32,000 bases of DNA from Rhodobacter capsulatus SB 1003 (GTDB taxonomy: Bacteria > Pseudomonadota > Alphaproteobacteria > Rhodobacterales > Rhodobacteraceae), in assembly GCF_000021865.1 (NCBI RefSeq), contig NC_014034.1, positions 1,410,001 to 1,442,000 on the forward strand, in the 5' to 3' direction. Positions 8,681-18,361 of this stretch are shown here, piece after piece. A model generated the notes under the pieces. It had not been told where the DNA came from. It did not search any database and saw nothing but the letters and a program-made list of their open reading frames with translations. Numbering within the stretch: position 1 is the stretch's first letter; each line of letters starts with the position of its first letter. Made by a program: the position numbers and the translations under genes.

Positions 8681-10462
8681 TCAGGCGACCATGTTTTCCG
8701 ACGGGTCTTCCGCGTCGCCGAGGGCGGCCTTACAATGCCAAGGCATCAACTGGCTGTAATCGGTCAATTCGCGGCTCAGTTCGATCTGGTCGACGACCCA
8801 GTTCAGATAGCGGAAGGGGTTCACACCGTTCAGACGGGCGGTTTCGATCAAGGTATTGAAGAGCGCCCATTTCTTCGCCGCTTCGTGGTTCCCGGCGAAG
8901 AGCGAGTTCTTCTTCGTAAGGGCAACGGGACGCATGCCGCGCTCGACCGGGTTGTTGTCGATCGCAATCCGACCGTCAAGAACATAACGGATCATGTCGT
9001 CCCACGCAGCCAGGAAGTAATTTGCGGCCGTCTTGAGGTTGCCCTTGGCCAAGGTGGGTTCGATCCGCAGCATGTCCGCACGGATCTTTTCGAGGACCGG
9101 CAACGCTTCCGCGACGCGCACCGCTTGGCGCTCCTCGGGCGACCGCCCGAAGACCCTCTCCTCCACCGCATAGACCGTCTTGAGCGCTTTGATCACGCGT
9201 TTCGCACAGGTGCTTGGCGCGGCCTTTTCCGCATCAGTGAACTTGCGGCGCACATGCGCCATGCAGCGCGCCAGCGTGAAGCCGGCGTTCTTGCCTGGCG
9301 CACGCCGGATGACGTTGTAGCCCTTGTAGCCGTCAACCTGGACGACCTGGCTCAGCGCCCCTTCGAGCATGCGTTCGGCGACATGGCCTCCTCTGGAGGG
9401 GTCATATTCGAAATAGATCGCCGGATGGGGGTCGCCGCCCCAGCCGCGCTCATCGCGGTGGATCGCCCAGAGAGTCCCCTTAATGCATTTTCCCCTCCCC
9501 TTCTCAGTCGGGATCACCCGCAGCGGCGTCTCATCCATATGCACGACAGGGCCTGCGGTCACATGTTTCCAGACTTCCTCCCAGAGCGGCTCCAGCTTCT
9601 CGGCGATATGGGTCGCGTTGCGGCCCAGCGTCGAGCGCGCAACGTTGCACCCATTGTCATGGTAGCGGCGCTCCGCTCGGAAGTCGGTGGAGTGCTCATA
9701 GAAATGCTGGCAGACGGCGTTGATCACGAACTTCGCGTCCAATGTGCGGCCCGCCATGATGTAGCCCGTGGCATGGGCGTTGTAGGGGGCGTGCTCCTTG
9801 CACGCCGCGCTGCAGTTGCAGCCGCGGCTGTAGTGAACGTGCTTTTCGAGCACGAAATGCTCCCGGACCACCCTGAGCCGAGAGCTGGTCCAAGAGCCGA
9901 GTGTCTTGAGTTTAGCCCCGCAGGAGCAGTGCGTTTCCTCGGGGAAATGCTTGTACACCTCGGTCTTGATGTTCTTTGGTCGCTTCTGTTTCTGCTTCCC
10001 TTTCCGGGGCTTCTGCTCCTCCTCCTCCTCCTCCTCGACATCGTCGTCGGGCACGTCATCCTCGTCGTCGTCCGCTCCCAGGAAATTGTTGTCGGAGCTG
10101 CCGCAGAAAGTCTGATGGCGCAGCAGATTCAACTGCTCCTTTTGGTAACGCAGGTCCTTTTTCAGCTTGACGATCCGGCGTTCGGCGGCGTTTTCGCGGT
10201 CCACCACCGCCTCGAACTCGACATGCGCATCGATCAGGCACTCCTGGATACCGCGTTTGACCTCCTCGCAACTGTGCGGCAACGCGTCGAGCAGATCCGA
10301 GATTTCCATGATGATCTCGGCCATGATGCTGAGCGTGCCGACGGAGATCTCTTCGGCTTCACTGTGGGCGGGTGTTTCTGCGACAGGCCCGGGATCGGTG
10401 TCACCGGACGGCGGAAACGGGCCGTTTGGAGGCGGGGCTTCAGCAGGATTGTTGTCATTCAT
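8681..10462 (-). CDS. tnpC: IS66-family DDE transposase (TnpC type)
   Basis: Track ORF 8681..10588; I prefer ATG 10462 (MNDNNPAE...). It has a leucine-zipper-like region ending LNLLRHQTFCGSSD and Cys-rich segments (HCSCGAKL...GCNCSAAC). The DDE core reads VVHMDETPLRV...VQVDGYKGYN...ARCMAHVRRKF, and the C-terminus reads IDNNPVERGMRPVALTKKNSLFAG...ETARLNGVNPFRYL. An unusual acidic/basic insert (DDDEDDVPDDDVEEEEEEEQKPRKGKQKQKRPK) is present. Confidence 0.9.
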   Translation of the reverse strand: MNDNNPAEAPPPNGPFPPSGDTDPGPVAETPAHSEAEEISVGTLSIMAEIIMEISDLLDALPHSCEEVKRGIQECLIDAHVEFEAVVDRENAAERRIVKLKKDLRYQKEQLNLLRHQTFCGSSDNNFLGADDDEDDVPDDDVEEEEEEEQKPRKGKQKQKRPKNIKTEVYKHFPEETHCSCGAKLKTLGSWTSSRLRVVREHFVLEKHVHYSRGCNCSAACKEHAPYNAHATGYIMAGRTLDAKFVINAVCQHFYEHSTDFRAERRYHDNGCNVARSTLGRNATHIAEKLEPLWEEVWKHVTAGPVVHMDETPLRVIPTEKGRGKCIKGTLWAIHRDERGWGGDPHPAIYFEYDPSRGGHVAERMLEGALSQVVQVDGYKGYNVIRRAPGKNAGFTLARCMAHVRRKFTDAEKAAPSTCAKRVIKALKTVYAVEERVFGRSPEERQAVRVAEALPVLEKIRADMLRIEPTLAKGNLKTAANYFLAAWDDMIRYVLDGRIAIDNNPVERGMRPVALTKKNSLFAGNHEAAKKWALFNTLIETARLNGVNPFRYLNWVVDQIELSRELTDYSQLMPWHCKAALGDAEDPSENMVA

Positions 10463-11842
10463 TTCCGGTGTCCATATTCTTCGGCGAAGTGCCTCCGGGT
10501 CGGGCGGTCTCTTGCTCGGGTGACCACTCAGGCGGTCCGTGGGAGGCGGAACCGATCGACAAGCATGACGAGGACAGCCCTCGGACACGCGAAAGCGCCG
10601 ATGCGATGTGGTTCTTGCTGTCTTGGTGTCCGACTTGATAACGCCGGTGCCGCGTCATTTCCTTGTGGTGATCCGCGTGAAATGCTTGGACCGACCGCCA
10701 GCGCTGATGGTTTCGGTCTAGGGAGTTTCTCGCGGCGCGCTGCAAGAGATGCTGCGCAACAGTTGTGAGCGTGTTGGAGGTCTTGGATTAACCCATATCG
10801 CCCTGAGGAGAGAGGCCGCCCGGCGCTTATCGCTATTGGCGTCCTGAAGAATTTCGTGAAATGGCCAGCATTAAGCCAATTTCATCGAAGTTGTTCCTGC
10901 ACAGAAACGCCGTCATTTCTGTGAGGATTTCCCCGAAACCTTACCTTTATGTTGCCATGCAGATCTGACATTGGAATTCATGGCGCGGCTCACTCGGTTA
11001 TTTGTCGCAGATCAGGAGAAATTATGAGGTGTTCAGCTGCATATAAACCAAACTTCCTTCTTGCACTTTCCGCCTTCCGGCCCGCGACTTGATATTTATC
11101 GCCCGAAGTGATTGCATTTGCCGCCAGCATCTCGCGAAAATAAACCTCACCCAGAGGTCCCGTATTTTGCTTGGCGTTTGCTGGTTGCAGCTATGTTCCT
11201 GCATTGCTGGATGCGTCAAGTCATGCTCTTGCCTCACTTTATTTACTTCAGCGGCGATCGCCGTTTCGTTCATTGCCGCACGCACAATGCGATCAGCCTC
11301 GCCAGCCTTTATGGATGGAGCAAATCGTTGGTGTACAGAAGTTTTTTTAAATATCGATCATTAACCATGATTTATTCGCAATTCGGCCTTTTGATAGAAT
11401 TCGTGGATTACAGCCTTGCGTTTCTGGCGACGCGAAGCTGCAAGAGGAGGAAAAATTCCATTTTTCGCTTTCCAAGATTTTTTTGTGTGATTCTTCGTGT
11501 CGCGATAAGGGGACCTCGCTCGCGATCGCTTCGCGAATGTCAATATATCTTTTAGTTGCGAAAGGGCGCCGCCAAAGCTGATTTTCGCCCGAATCGGTCC
11601 GCCTTCAACTCGGTCAGTGCGCCGACCCTGGAGCAACGCCAGATCGGTCGGTGATGCGCATTCGCACCCTCCCTGCGCCGCTGTTTTTCCGATCGGCCTG
11701 AGGATATGCGCTGTGCCAAGGGGATCGTTTTTCGCAATTGCGAAGGCCTGCCCGCGGGGGTTGCCAGTTTACCTCAAAGGTTGATACCGTCCCGACAGCA
11801 GCCGCCGTGGTTGCGCCATTGGATCAGGTGCAGCGGGACCGG

Positions 11843-14296
11843 ATGGACAAGAACGGCCTCTCGGAACGCGATATTTGTTCGATTTTCATTACCCCGGCAT
11901 TGCAAAAGGCGGGCTGGGATCCTGTGACCCAGATCCGGGAAGAGGTCGGCTTCACCCGCGGGCGGATCAATGTGCGCGGCAAACTCGTCAGCCGTGGCCA
12001 GGGCAAGCGCGCCGATTACATCCTGTCGATCCGGCCAAATATTCGCCTTGCGGTGATCGAGGCGAAGGACAACGCCCACGCCACCGGCGCTGGCATGCAG
12101 CAGGCCCTCGATTATGCCGAGACCCTGAACCTGCCGTTCGCTTTTTCCTCGAACGGGGACGGCTTCCTTTTTCATGACCGGACGGGGATGAGCCCCACGC
12201 CTGAGGTTCTCCTCTCACTCGACGACTTCCCTTCGCCCACCGAACTCTGGGCACGCTATTGCGCCTGGAAGGGGCTCGACGCCGCCGCAAGCTCCGTTGC
12301 GCTGCAGGACTACCACGACGACGGCAGCGGCAAGGAGCCGCGCTATTACCAGATCAACGCGGTGAACGCCGCAATGGAGGCGATCGGACGGGGTGAGAAC
12401 CGGGTGCTTCTTGTCATGGCGACGGGCACCGGCAAGACCTACACCGCGTTCCAGATCATCTGGCGTTACCGGCAGGCTTTTCCGGGCAAGCGGATCCTGT
12501 TCTTGGCCGACCGCAACGTGCTGATCGATCAGACCATGGTCAATGATTTTCGGCCCTTCTCTGGCAAGATGGCGAAACTCTCGACCCAGTCAAAGACGAT
12601 CGAACGCGCCGATGGCTCCTCGGTCGAGCTGCCCCTCGGCCTCGACCGCAAGCGTCGGATCGATCCGTCCTACGAAATCTACCTTGGTCTTTATCAGGCG
12701 ATCACCGGCCCGGCGGAAGAGGACAAGATCTTCCGCGAGTTTTCGCAAGACTTCTTCGACCTGATCATCATCGACGAATGCCACCGCGGCAGCGCTGCCG
12801 AGGACTCTGCCTGGCGCGAGATCCTCGATCATTTCTCGGGCGCGGTGCAGATCGGCATGACCGCGACGCCGAAGGAAACCGAATACGCGTCGAACATCGC
12901 CTATTTCGGCGCGCCGGCCTACAGCTATACCCTGCGGCAGGGCATCCGGGATGGTTTCCTCGCGCCCTACAAGGTGATCAAGGTCCATATCGACCGCGAC
13001 ATTCAGGGCTACCGCCCGGAAGCCGGCCAGACCGATCGCGATGGCGCGCTGGTCGAGGACCGGATCTACAACACCAAGGATTTCGACCGCACCCTCGTGC
13101 TGGATGACCGCACGAAACTGGTCGCGCGCAAGGTCACCGAATTTCTCAAGGAAAGCGGTGACCGGATGGCCAAGACGATCGTCTTTTGCGTCGATCAGGA
13201 GCATGCCGCCCGGATGCGGCAGGCGTTGGTGAATGAAAACGCCGATCTGGTGGCGCAAAATCCCCGCTATGTCATGCGCATCACCGGAAGCGACACGGAG
13301 GGCCTAGAGCAGCTGGGGAATTTTATCGACCCCGAGGTCTCGCATCCGGTGATCGTCACCACCTCGCGGCTTTTGTCGACCGGCGTCGATGCCCAGACCT
13401 GTCGTCTGATCGTGCTCGACCGCGAGGTAGGCTCGATGACCGAATTCAAGCAGATCGTCGGGCGCGGCACCCGGGTGCATGAAGACACGGGCAAGCTTTA
13501 CTTCACGCTGATGGATTTTCGCGGCGCGACGAACCATTTTGCCGATCCCGATTTCGACGGCGAGCCGGTGCAGATCTACACGCCCACCGGCACGGACCCG
13601 ATCGTGCCGCCCGACGACGTTCCGCCGCCAGAGGGGGACGAGCCGCCCCTTTCCGCCACGCCGGGGCCGGACGAGACGGTGCTGATCGACCCGGTCGCAA
13701 CGCTGGGGCAAACCGGGTCAGGCGCGCCGCAACGCAAGATCTATGTCGATGGCGTCGCCGCGACCATTGTCGCGGAACGCGTCGAATACCTTGACGAACA
13801 CGGCAGGCTGATCACCGAATCCTTGCGCGACTACACCCGCAAGGCGCTGAAACGGCGCTTTGCCAGCCTTGATGATTTCCTCAAACGCTGGAAGACGCCC
13901 GAAAAGAAACAGGCCGTGCTCGACGAGCTTGCGGCCGAGGGGTTGCCGCTCGATCTCGTGGCGGCGGAGCTTGGTCGCGATCTCGACCCGTTCGACCTGA
14001 TCTGCCATATCGCCTTCGACGCCAAGCCCCTGACCCGCCGCGAACGCGCCGAGGGCGTCAAGAAACGCGATGTCTGGGCGCGCTACGGCGCCACCGCGCG
14101 CGCCGTGCTGACTGCGCTCCTCGACAAATACGCCGACGACGGGCTTCTCGATTTTGACGACCCCAAGATCCTGAAAATAAATCCCTTCTCGCAAATGGGA
14201 ACCGAGGTTGAACTGATCCGGGCTTTCGGCAAGAAGCAGGACTACCTGAAGGCCATGCACGATCTGCAGGCTGCCCTTTACGATGAAAGCGCCTGA
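11843..14296 (+). CDS. hsdR: Type I restriction enzyme R subunit (EcoEI/EcoAI-like C-terminus, i.e. type IB-like)
   Basis: Track ORF 11738..14296, with an in-frame ATG at 11843 (MDKNGLSERDICSIFITPAL). It has the PD-(D/E)xK-like motif RADYIL...LAVIEAKD, helicase motif I LLVMATGTGKTYTA, and the DEAH-type box LIIIDECHRGS. The C-terminal segment DDFLKRWK...DPFDLICHIAFDAKPLTRRERA resembles the EcoEI R C-terminal domain. Confidence 0.9.
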   Translation: MDKNGLSERDICSIFITPALQKAGWDPVTQIREEVGFTRGRINVRGKLVSRGQGKRADYILSIRPNIRLAVIEAKDNAHATGAGMQQALDYAETLNLPFAFSSNGDGFLFHDRTGMSPTPEVLLSLDDFPSPTELWARYCAWKGLDAAASSVALQDYHDDGSGKEPRYYQINAVNAAMEAIGRGENRVLLVMATGTGKTYTAFQIIWRYRQAFPGKRILFLADRNVLIDQTMVNDFRPFSGKMAKLSTQSKTIERADGSSVELPLGLDRKRRIDPSYEIYLGLYQAITGPAEEDKIFREFSQDFFDLIIIDECHRGSAAEDSAWREILDHFSGAVQIGMTATPKETEYASNIAYFGAPAYSYTLRQGIRDGFLAPYKVIKVHIDRDIQGYRPEAGQTDRDGALVEDRIYNTKDFDRTLVLDDRTKLVARKVTEFLKESGDRMAKTIVFCVDQEHAARMRQALVNENADLVAQNPRYVMRITGSDTEGLEQLGNFIDPEVSHPVIVTTSRLLSTGVDAQTCRLIVLDREVGSMTEFKQIVGRGTRVHEDTGKLYFTLMDFRGATNHFADPDFDGEPVQIYTPTGTDPIVPPDDVPPPEGDEPPLSATPGPDETVLIDPVATLGQTGSGAPQRKIYVDGVAATIVAERVEYLDEHGRLITESLRDYTRKALKRRFASLDDFLKRWKTPEKKQAVLDELAAEGLPLDLVAAELGRDLDPFDLICHIAFDAKPLTRRERAEGVKKRDVWARYGATARAVLTALLDKYADDGLLDFDDPKILKINPFSQMGTEVELIRAFGKKQDYLKAMHDLQAALYDESA

Positions 14297-14301
14297 GGCC
14301 A

Positions 14302-15747
14302 ATGTCCGTCCGCACCCTCGTCAAATCGCTGCAACAGATCATGTGGAAGGACACCGGCGTCGACGGCGATGCGCAACGGCTCAGCCAGATGTGCTGGATG
14401 TTCTTCCTCAAGATCGTCGACGATCAGGACGAGGCCCTCGAACTCACCCGCGACGATTACACCTCGCCGATCCCAGCCGATCTGCAGTGGCGCGCCTGGG
14501 CGGCCGACCCCGAGGGGATGACTGGCGATCAACTTCTGAGCTTCGTCAACGAAGAGCTCTTCCCCGGCCTCAAAGGCCTGCGCCCCGCCACCCCCCGCGC
14601 CCGCACCATCCGCGACGTCTTCGAAGACGCCTACAACTTCATGAAATCCGGGCAGCTGCTGCGGCAGGTGATCAACAAGATCAACGAGATCGATTTCAAC
14701 AACCTCTCCGAACGCCAGCATTTCGGCGACATTTACGAACAGCTCCTCAACGACCTGCAAAACGCCGGCAACGCGGGCGAATATTACACCCCCCGCGCCG
14801 TCACCGCCTTCATGGTCGAGCGCATCGACCCCCGCCCCGGCGAGATCGTGATGGACCCCGCCTGCGGCACCGGCGGCTTTCTCACCTGCGCCATGCGCCA
14901 CATGCGCGCCCGCCATATCCGCCTACCCGAACACGAAGACGCCATGCAGCGCTCCTTGCGCGCGGTCGAAAAGAAACCGCTGCCGCACATGCTTTGCGTC
15001 ACCAACATGCTGCTCAATGGCATCGAAGAGCCGCATTTCGTCCGCCACGACAACACCCTCGCTCGCCCGCTCACCAGCTGGACCCGCGACGAGCGCGTCG
15101 ACATCGTGCTGACCAACCCGCCCTTTGGCGGCAAGGAAGAAGACGGCATCGAGAACAACTTCCCCACCTTCCGCACTCGCGAAACCGCCGATCTGTTCCT
15201 TGCCCTGATCATCCGCCTGCTCAAGCCCGGTGGCCGCGCCGCCGTGGTTCTGCCCGACGGCTCGCTCTTCGGCGAGGGCATCAAGACCCGGCTGAAAGAG
15301 CACCTGATGGCCGAATGCAACCTGCACACCATCGTGCGGCTGCCCAATTCGGTCTTCAAACCCTATGCCTCGATCGGCACCAACCTGCTGTTCTTCGAAA
15401 AGGGCACCCCCACCACCGAGACATGGTTCTGGGAACATCGCGTCCCCGAGGGGCAAAAGGCCTATTCGATGACGAAGCCGATCCGGCTTGACCATCTGGC
15501 GGGCTGTGCGGACTGGTGGGGCGGCGCCACCCGCGAGGGGCGCGTCGAAGGCCCGCAGGCCTGGAAGGTCTCGGCCGAGGAGATCAAGGCCCGCGGCTAC
15601 AACCTCGACATCAAGAACCCCCATGCCGAGGCCGAGGATCTGGGCGACCCCGAGCATCTTCTGGCCGCGCTCGACGAGGCCGAGGCCGAGGTCACCCGCC
15701 TGCGCGCGGCCTTGAAAGAGATCCTGACCGAGGCGCTGGCGCGATGA
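14302..15747 (+). CDS. hsdM: Type I R-M N6-adenine DNA methyltransferase M subunit
   Basis: It starts 5 nt after the hsdR stop. AdoMet motif I is MDPACGTGGFL and catalytic motif IV is LTNPPFGG. The HsdM-type N-terminus reads WMFFLKIVDDQDE. Confidence 0.92.
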   Translation: MSVRTLVKSLQQIMWKDTGVDGDAQRLSQMCWMFFLKIVDDQDEALELTRDDYTSPIPADLQWRAWAADPEGMTGDQLLSFVNEELFPGLKGLRPATPRARTIRDVFEDAYNFMKSGQLLRQVINKINEIDFNNLSERQHFGDIYEQLLNDLQNAGNAGEYYTPRAVTAFMVERIDPRPGEIVMDPACGTGGFLTCAMRHMRARHIRLPEHEDAMQRSLRAVEKKPLPHMLCVTNMLLNGIEEPHFVRHDNTLARPLTSWTRDERVDIVLTNPPFGGKEEDGIENNFPTFRTRETADLFLALIIRLLKPGGRAAVVLPDGSLFGEGIKTRLKEHLMAECNLHTIVRLPNSVFKPYASIGTNLLFFEKGTPTTETWFWEHRVPEGQKAYSMTKPIRLDHLAGCADWWGGATREGRVEGPQAWKVSAEEIKARGYNLDIKNPHAEAEDLGDPEHLLAALDEAEAEVTRLRAALKEILTEALAR

Positions 15748-17426
15748 ACGCCGATCAGCTTTTGCGCCTTTACGACCGGGTCTGCGAGGCCGAGGACGCC
15801 GTCCCCCGCCTGCGCCGGTTTGTCCTCGATCTGGCCGTGCGCGGCAAACTGGTGCCGCAGGACCCGGACGATGAACCGGCCTCCGAACTGCTGAAACGGA
15901 TCGAGAAGGAAAAGGCCCGGCTGGTGAATACGGGGGAGATCCGGAAGCCTAAGTCGCAGACCCCGTTGAACGGCGATGTTTGCCCGTTTCTCGTTCCTCG
16001 GGGATGGGCTCTTACGCGCCTCGGTTCGGTGATCGATCTGCTATCGGGGCAACACCTGCAACCGAATGAATATTCATCCAATCCGGCGGCAGGCATCCCT
16101 TATATCACTGGCCCTTCCGATTTTGCCGAAGTTGGCCTTTCCATTTCGCGTTACGCCCTTGTGCGAAAGGCAGTCGCGCGTGGTGGGCAACTCCTTCTCA
16201 CCGTGAAAGGATCAGGTGTTGGCAAGACCACGATCTGTGATCTTCCCGAGGTCGCAATCAGCCGCCAACTGATGTCACTTGCACCGATCCTGTGGTCGAT
16301 CAGATTTCTGGAAATCATAACGCACCGTCTGGCAGACACGCTTCAAGAGCAAGCCCGCAGCCTGATCCCCGGAATATCCCGGGAGGACGTTGCAGACTTC
16401 GCGTTCCCCCTCCCACCCCTCGCAGAGCAACACCGCATCGTTGCCAAGGTCGAGGAACTGATGGCGCTGCTCGACCGGATCGAGGCGGCGCGGGCGGGGC
16501 GAGAGGAGGGGCGCAACCGCCTGACCGCCGCCACCCTTGCCCGCCTGACCGACCCCAAGGCCGACGCCCCCGCCGCCGCCCGCTTCGCGCTGGACACCCT
16601 CGCCCCCCTCACCACCCGCCCGGACCAGATCAAGACCCTGCGCCAAACCATCCTCAACCTCGCCGTCCGAGGCAAACTGGTCCCGCAAGACCCGGCAGAC
16701 GAACCGGCGTCGGAGTTGCTGAAACGGTTCAAGGCGGCCAAGATCGCACATAAATGGGAGACCGGAGATGCGCGGAATAAACTTGCGCCCGACGCTGAAG
16801 TATCGAGCTACCCGCTGGAATTGCCCAAGGGCTGGGCGGTGCAGTCCTTCGAGAACCTGTTTCTTTTCATCGACTATCGTGGCAACACGCCCCCAAAGAC
16901 CGATAGCGGTGTGCCACTGATCACGGCCAAGAACGTTCGCATGGGGTCACTCAACCGCGAGCCAAGGGAGTTCATTTCAGAAAAGACCTTCAAGTCTTGG
17001 ATGACCAGAGGCTTTCCCAAGCTGGGCGATCTTTTTTTCACCACCGAAGCCCCTCTTGCCAACGTTTGTCTGAATGACATTCAGGAGCCGTTTGCGCTCG
17101 CGCAGCGAGTGATCTGTCTTCAGCCTTATGCTGAAATCAGCACCCACTACTTGATGCTGGCGCTTTGTGGCGACGTGATGCAGTCGTTGATTGATGGGCA
17201 AGCAACAGGGATGACGGCAAAGGGTATCAAGGCATCCAAGCTTAAACCGCTTCCCATCTCCCTCCCCCCCCTCGCCGAACAACACCGCATCGTGGCCAAG
17301 GTGGACGCCCTGATGCGCCTCCTCGACGCTCTCGAGGCGGCGCTGAGCGCCTCGGCCACCACCCGCGCCCGCCTCCTCGACGCCACCCTGCGCGCCGCGC
17401 TGACCGACACCGGAGAAGCCGCATGA
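15744..17426 (+). CDS. hsdS: Type I R-M specificity subunit (two target-recognition domains)
   Basis: ATG 15744 overlaps the hsdM stop (ATGA); the track ORF begins earlier, at 15516. The conserved regions are duplicated: LAVRGKLVPQDP(D/A)DEPASELLKR occurs twice and PPLAEQHRIVAKV(E/D) occurs twice. Each flanks a variable region, as expected for HsdS. Confidence 0.9.
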   Translation: MNADQLLRLYDRVCEAEDAVPRLRRFVLDLAVRGKLVPQDPDDEPASELLKRIEKEKARLVNTGEIRKPKSQTPLNGDVCPFLVPRGWALTRLGSVIDLLSGQHLQPNEYSSNPAAGIPYITGPSDFAEVGLSISRYALVRKAVARGGQLLLTVKGSGVGKTTICDLPEVAISRQLMSLAPILWSIRFLEIITHRLADTLQEQARSLIPGISREDVADFAFPLPPLAEQHRIVAKVEELMALLDRIEAARAGREEGRNRLTAATLARLTDPKADAPAAARFALDTLAPLTTRPDQIKTLRQTILNLAVRGKLVPQDPADEPASELLKRFKAAKIAHKWETGDARNKLAPDAEVSSYPLELPKGWAVQSFENLFLFIDYRGNTPPKTDSGVPLITAKNVRMGSLNREPREFISEKTFKSWMTRGFPKLGDLFFTTEAPLANVCLNDIQEPFALAQRVICLQPYAEISTHYLMLALCGDVMQSLIDGQATGMTAKGIKASKLKPLPISLPPLAEQHRIVAKVDALMRLLDALEAALSASATTRARLLDATLRAALTDTGEAA

Positions 17427-18361
17427 CTACTCTGCCAAAGGGAAAAAGCCTCTGGATCCGCTCCTTCTACGGGTTCAACCCAGAAGAGGACGGCTATGCC
17501 GGATGGACGAAGGAGGCCGGGCGCGACCACATTCTCAAGCATATCAAGGGCGGGGATCTGATCCTTATCTATGGTGCGGGCTCGAAAGAGACGGACAAGG
17601 CACTGCGGTCCTATGTCCTCGGCTTCCTGCAGGTCGACGCAACCCCGATCGATGACCGCGACAAGGCCTCGCCCGAAAGCCTGAAACGCAAGGCAGCACA
17701 GGGCTGGGCAAATAAATGGACGTTCGGAATTCCGGTGCGCAGGGCGTGGCGGGTCGATGAAAAGCTGCTGATCCGCTCCATTGCTTTCAACACCTATCGC
17801 CCGGAGGCCGGACAGGCCATCGGGGTCTGGGGGGCCGCGCTCGAGCCGGAGGAAATAGAGAAGGCGCTGAAGATCAGGGTCACCGAGGTGAACGTGTTCG
17901 GCGAGCCGCCGATTGCTGCGACCGGTCTTAAAAAGGCTCCGCTGGGCGATGAATTCAAGCCCTCACGCGGGTTTCCGGGCGCGTTCGGAACCCACACATC
18001 TACCAAGAATGACGGCGAGACCTGGCTCTATCTGTTCAGGTTCGAGGGCGACTGTCACGCGCTTGTAGGGCGCCCCAAGGCACACGGTGGCAAATCACTC
18101 GCGTGGAAGATCGGCGTCTCGAGCGACACGGCGGCACGGCTTGGACAACTGAATTTGGGAATCCCGCCCGCCGCGAAGGGGCGATGGGGCCAGTTCCTGC
18201 AGGCGCGGTTTCCCGACCGCAGATCCGCAGAAGCGGCCGAACAGCGTTTCAAGGATGAGAGCAACGGCAAGCTGGAAAGTCTGGGGGGCGAATTTTTCTG
18301 GGGCGATGAGATGCAGGCGATGCTGCTCTTCGCTGGAATTCCGGGCGTTTCGAGGTTTTGA
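17423..18361 (+). CDS. Hypothetical protein coupled to hsdS: T5orf172/GIY-YIG-like C-terminal domain, possibly PUA-like (EVE/ASCH-type) N-terminal domain
   Basis: ATG 17423 overlaps the hsdS stop (ATGA). The C-terminus WLYLFRFEGD...WKIGVSSDTAARLGQLNLGIP...AEQRFKD...LGGEFFWGD follows the T5orf172 pattern (YIY..., KIG.T, R...LN, E..H..F, EWF). In the N-terminus, GGDLILIYGAG...SYVLGFLQV is reminiscent of PUA-like folds, but that assignment is weak. Confidence 0.6.
   Translation: MTTLPKGKSLWIRSFYGFNPEEDGYAGWTKEAGRDHILKHIKGGDLILIYGAGSKETDKALRSYVLGFLQVDATPIDDRDKASPESLKRKAAQGWANKWTFGIPVRRAWRVDEKLLIRSIAFNTYRPEAGQAIGVWGAALEPEEIEKALKIRVTEVNVFGEPPIAATGLKKAPLGDEFKPSRGFPGAFGTHTSTKNDGETWLYLFRFEGDCHALVGRPKAHGGKSLAWKIGVSSDTAARLGQLNLGIPPAAKGRWGQFLQARFPDRRSAEAAEQRFKDESNGKLESLGGEFFWGDEMQAMLLFAGIPGVSRF

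Larger units (their letters stand above)
8177..10770 (-). mobile_element. IS66-family element, or the 3' part of one (IR plus transposase); right-hand boundary not identified
   Basis: IR at 8177 and transposase at 8681..10462. Base composition changes near 10,780. Only a weak IR-like match exists at about 10,750-10,768. There is no tnpA/tnpB directly upstream of the transposase. Confidence 0.5.

Noticed and set aside
8735-10768. 677-aa + strand ORF
   Set aside because: It is antisense to the clearly recognisable IS66 transposase (8681..10462, minus strand) and has no motifs of its own.
10740-10770. Possible second inverted repeat that would close a stand-alone IS66 element 8177..~10768
   Set aside because: Only ~11 of 19 positions match the 8177 repeat. 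It does not start with GTAA, and the flanking 8-mers are not a duplication. The question is left open in the findings rather than called.
14278-15657. Alternative-frame ORFs over hsdM (14283..15491 +, 14278..14916 -, 14923..15657 -, 14784..15359 -)
   Set aside because: They are low-complexity shadow ORFs. The hsdM frame carries the canonical methyltransferase motifs.
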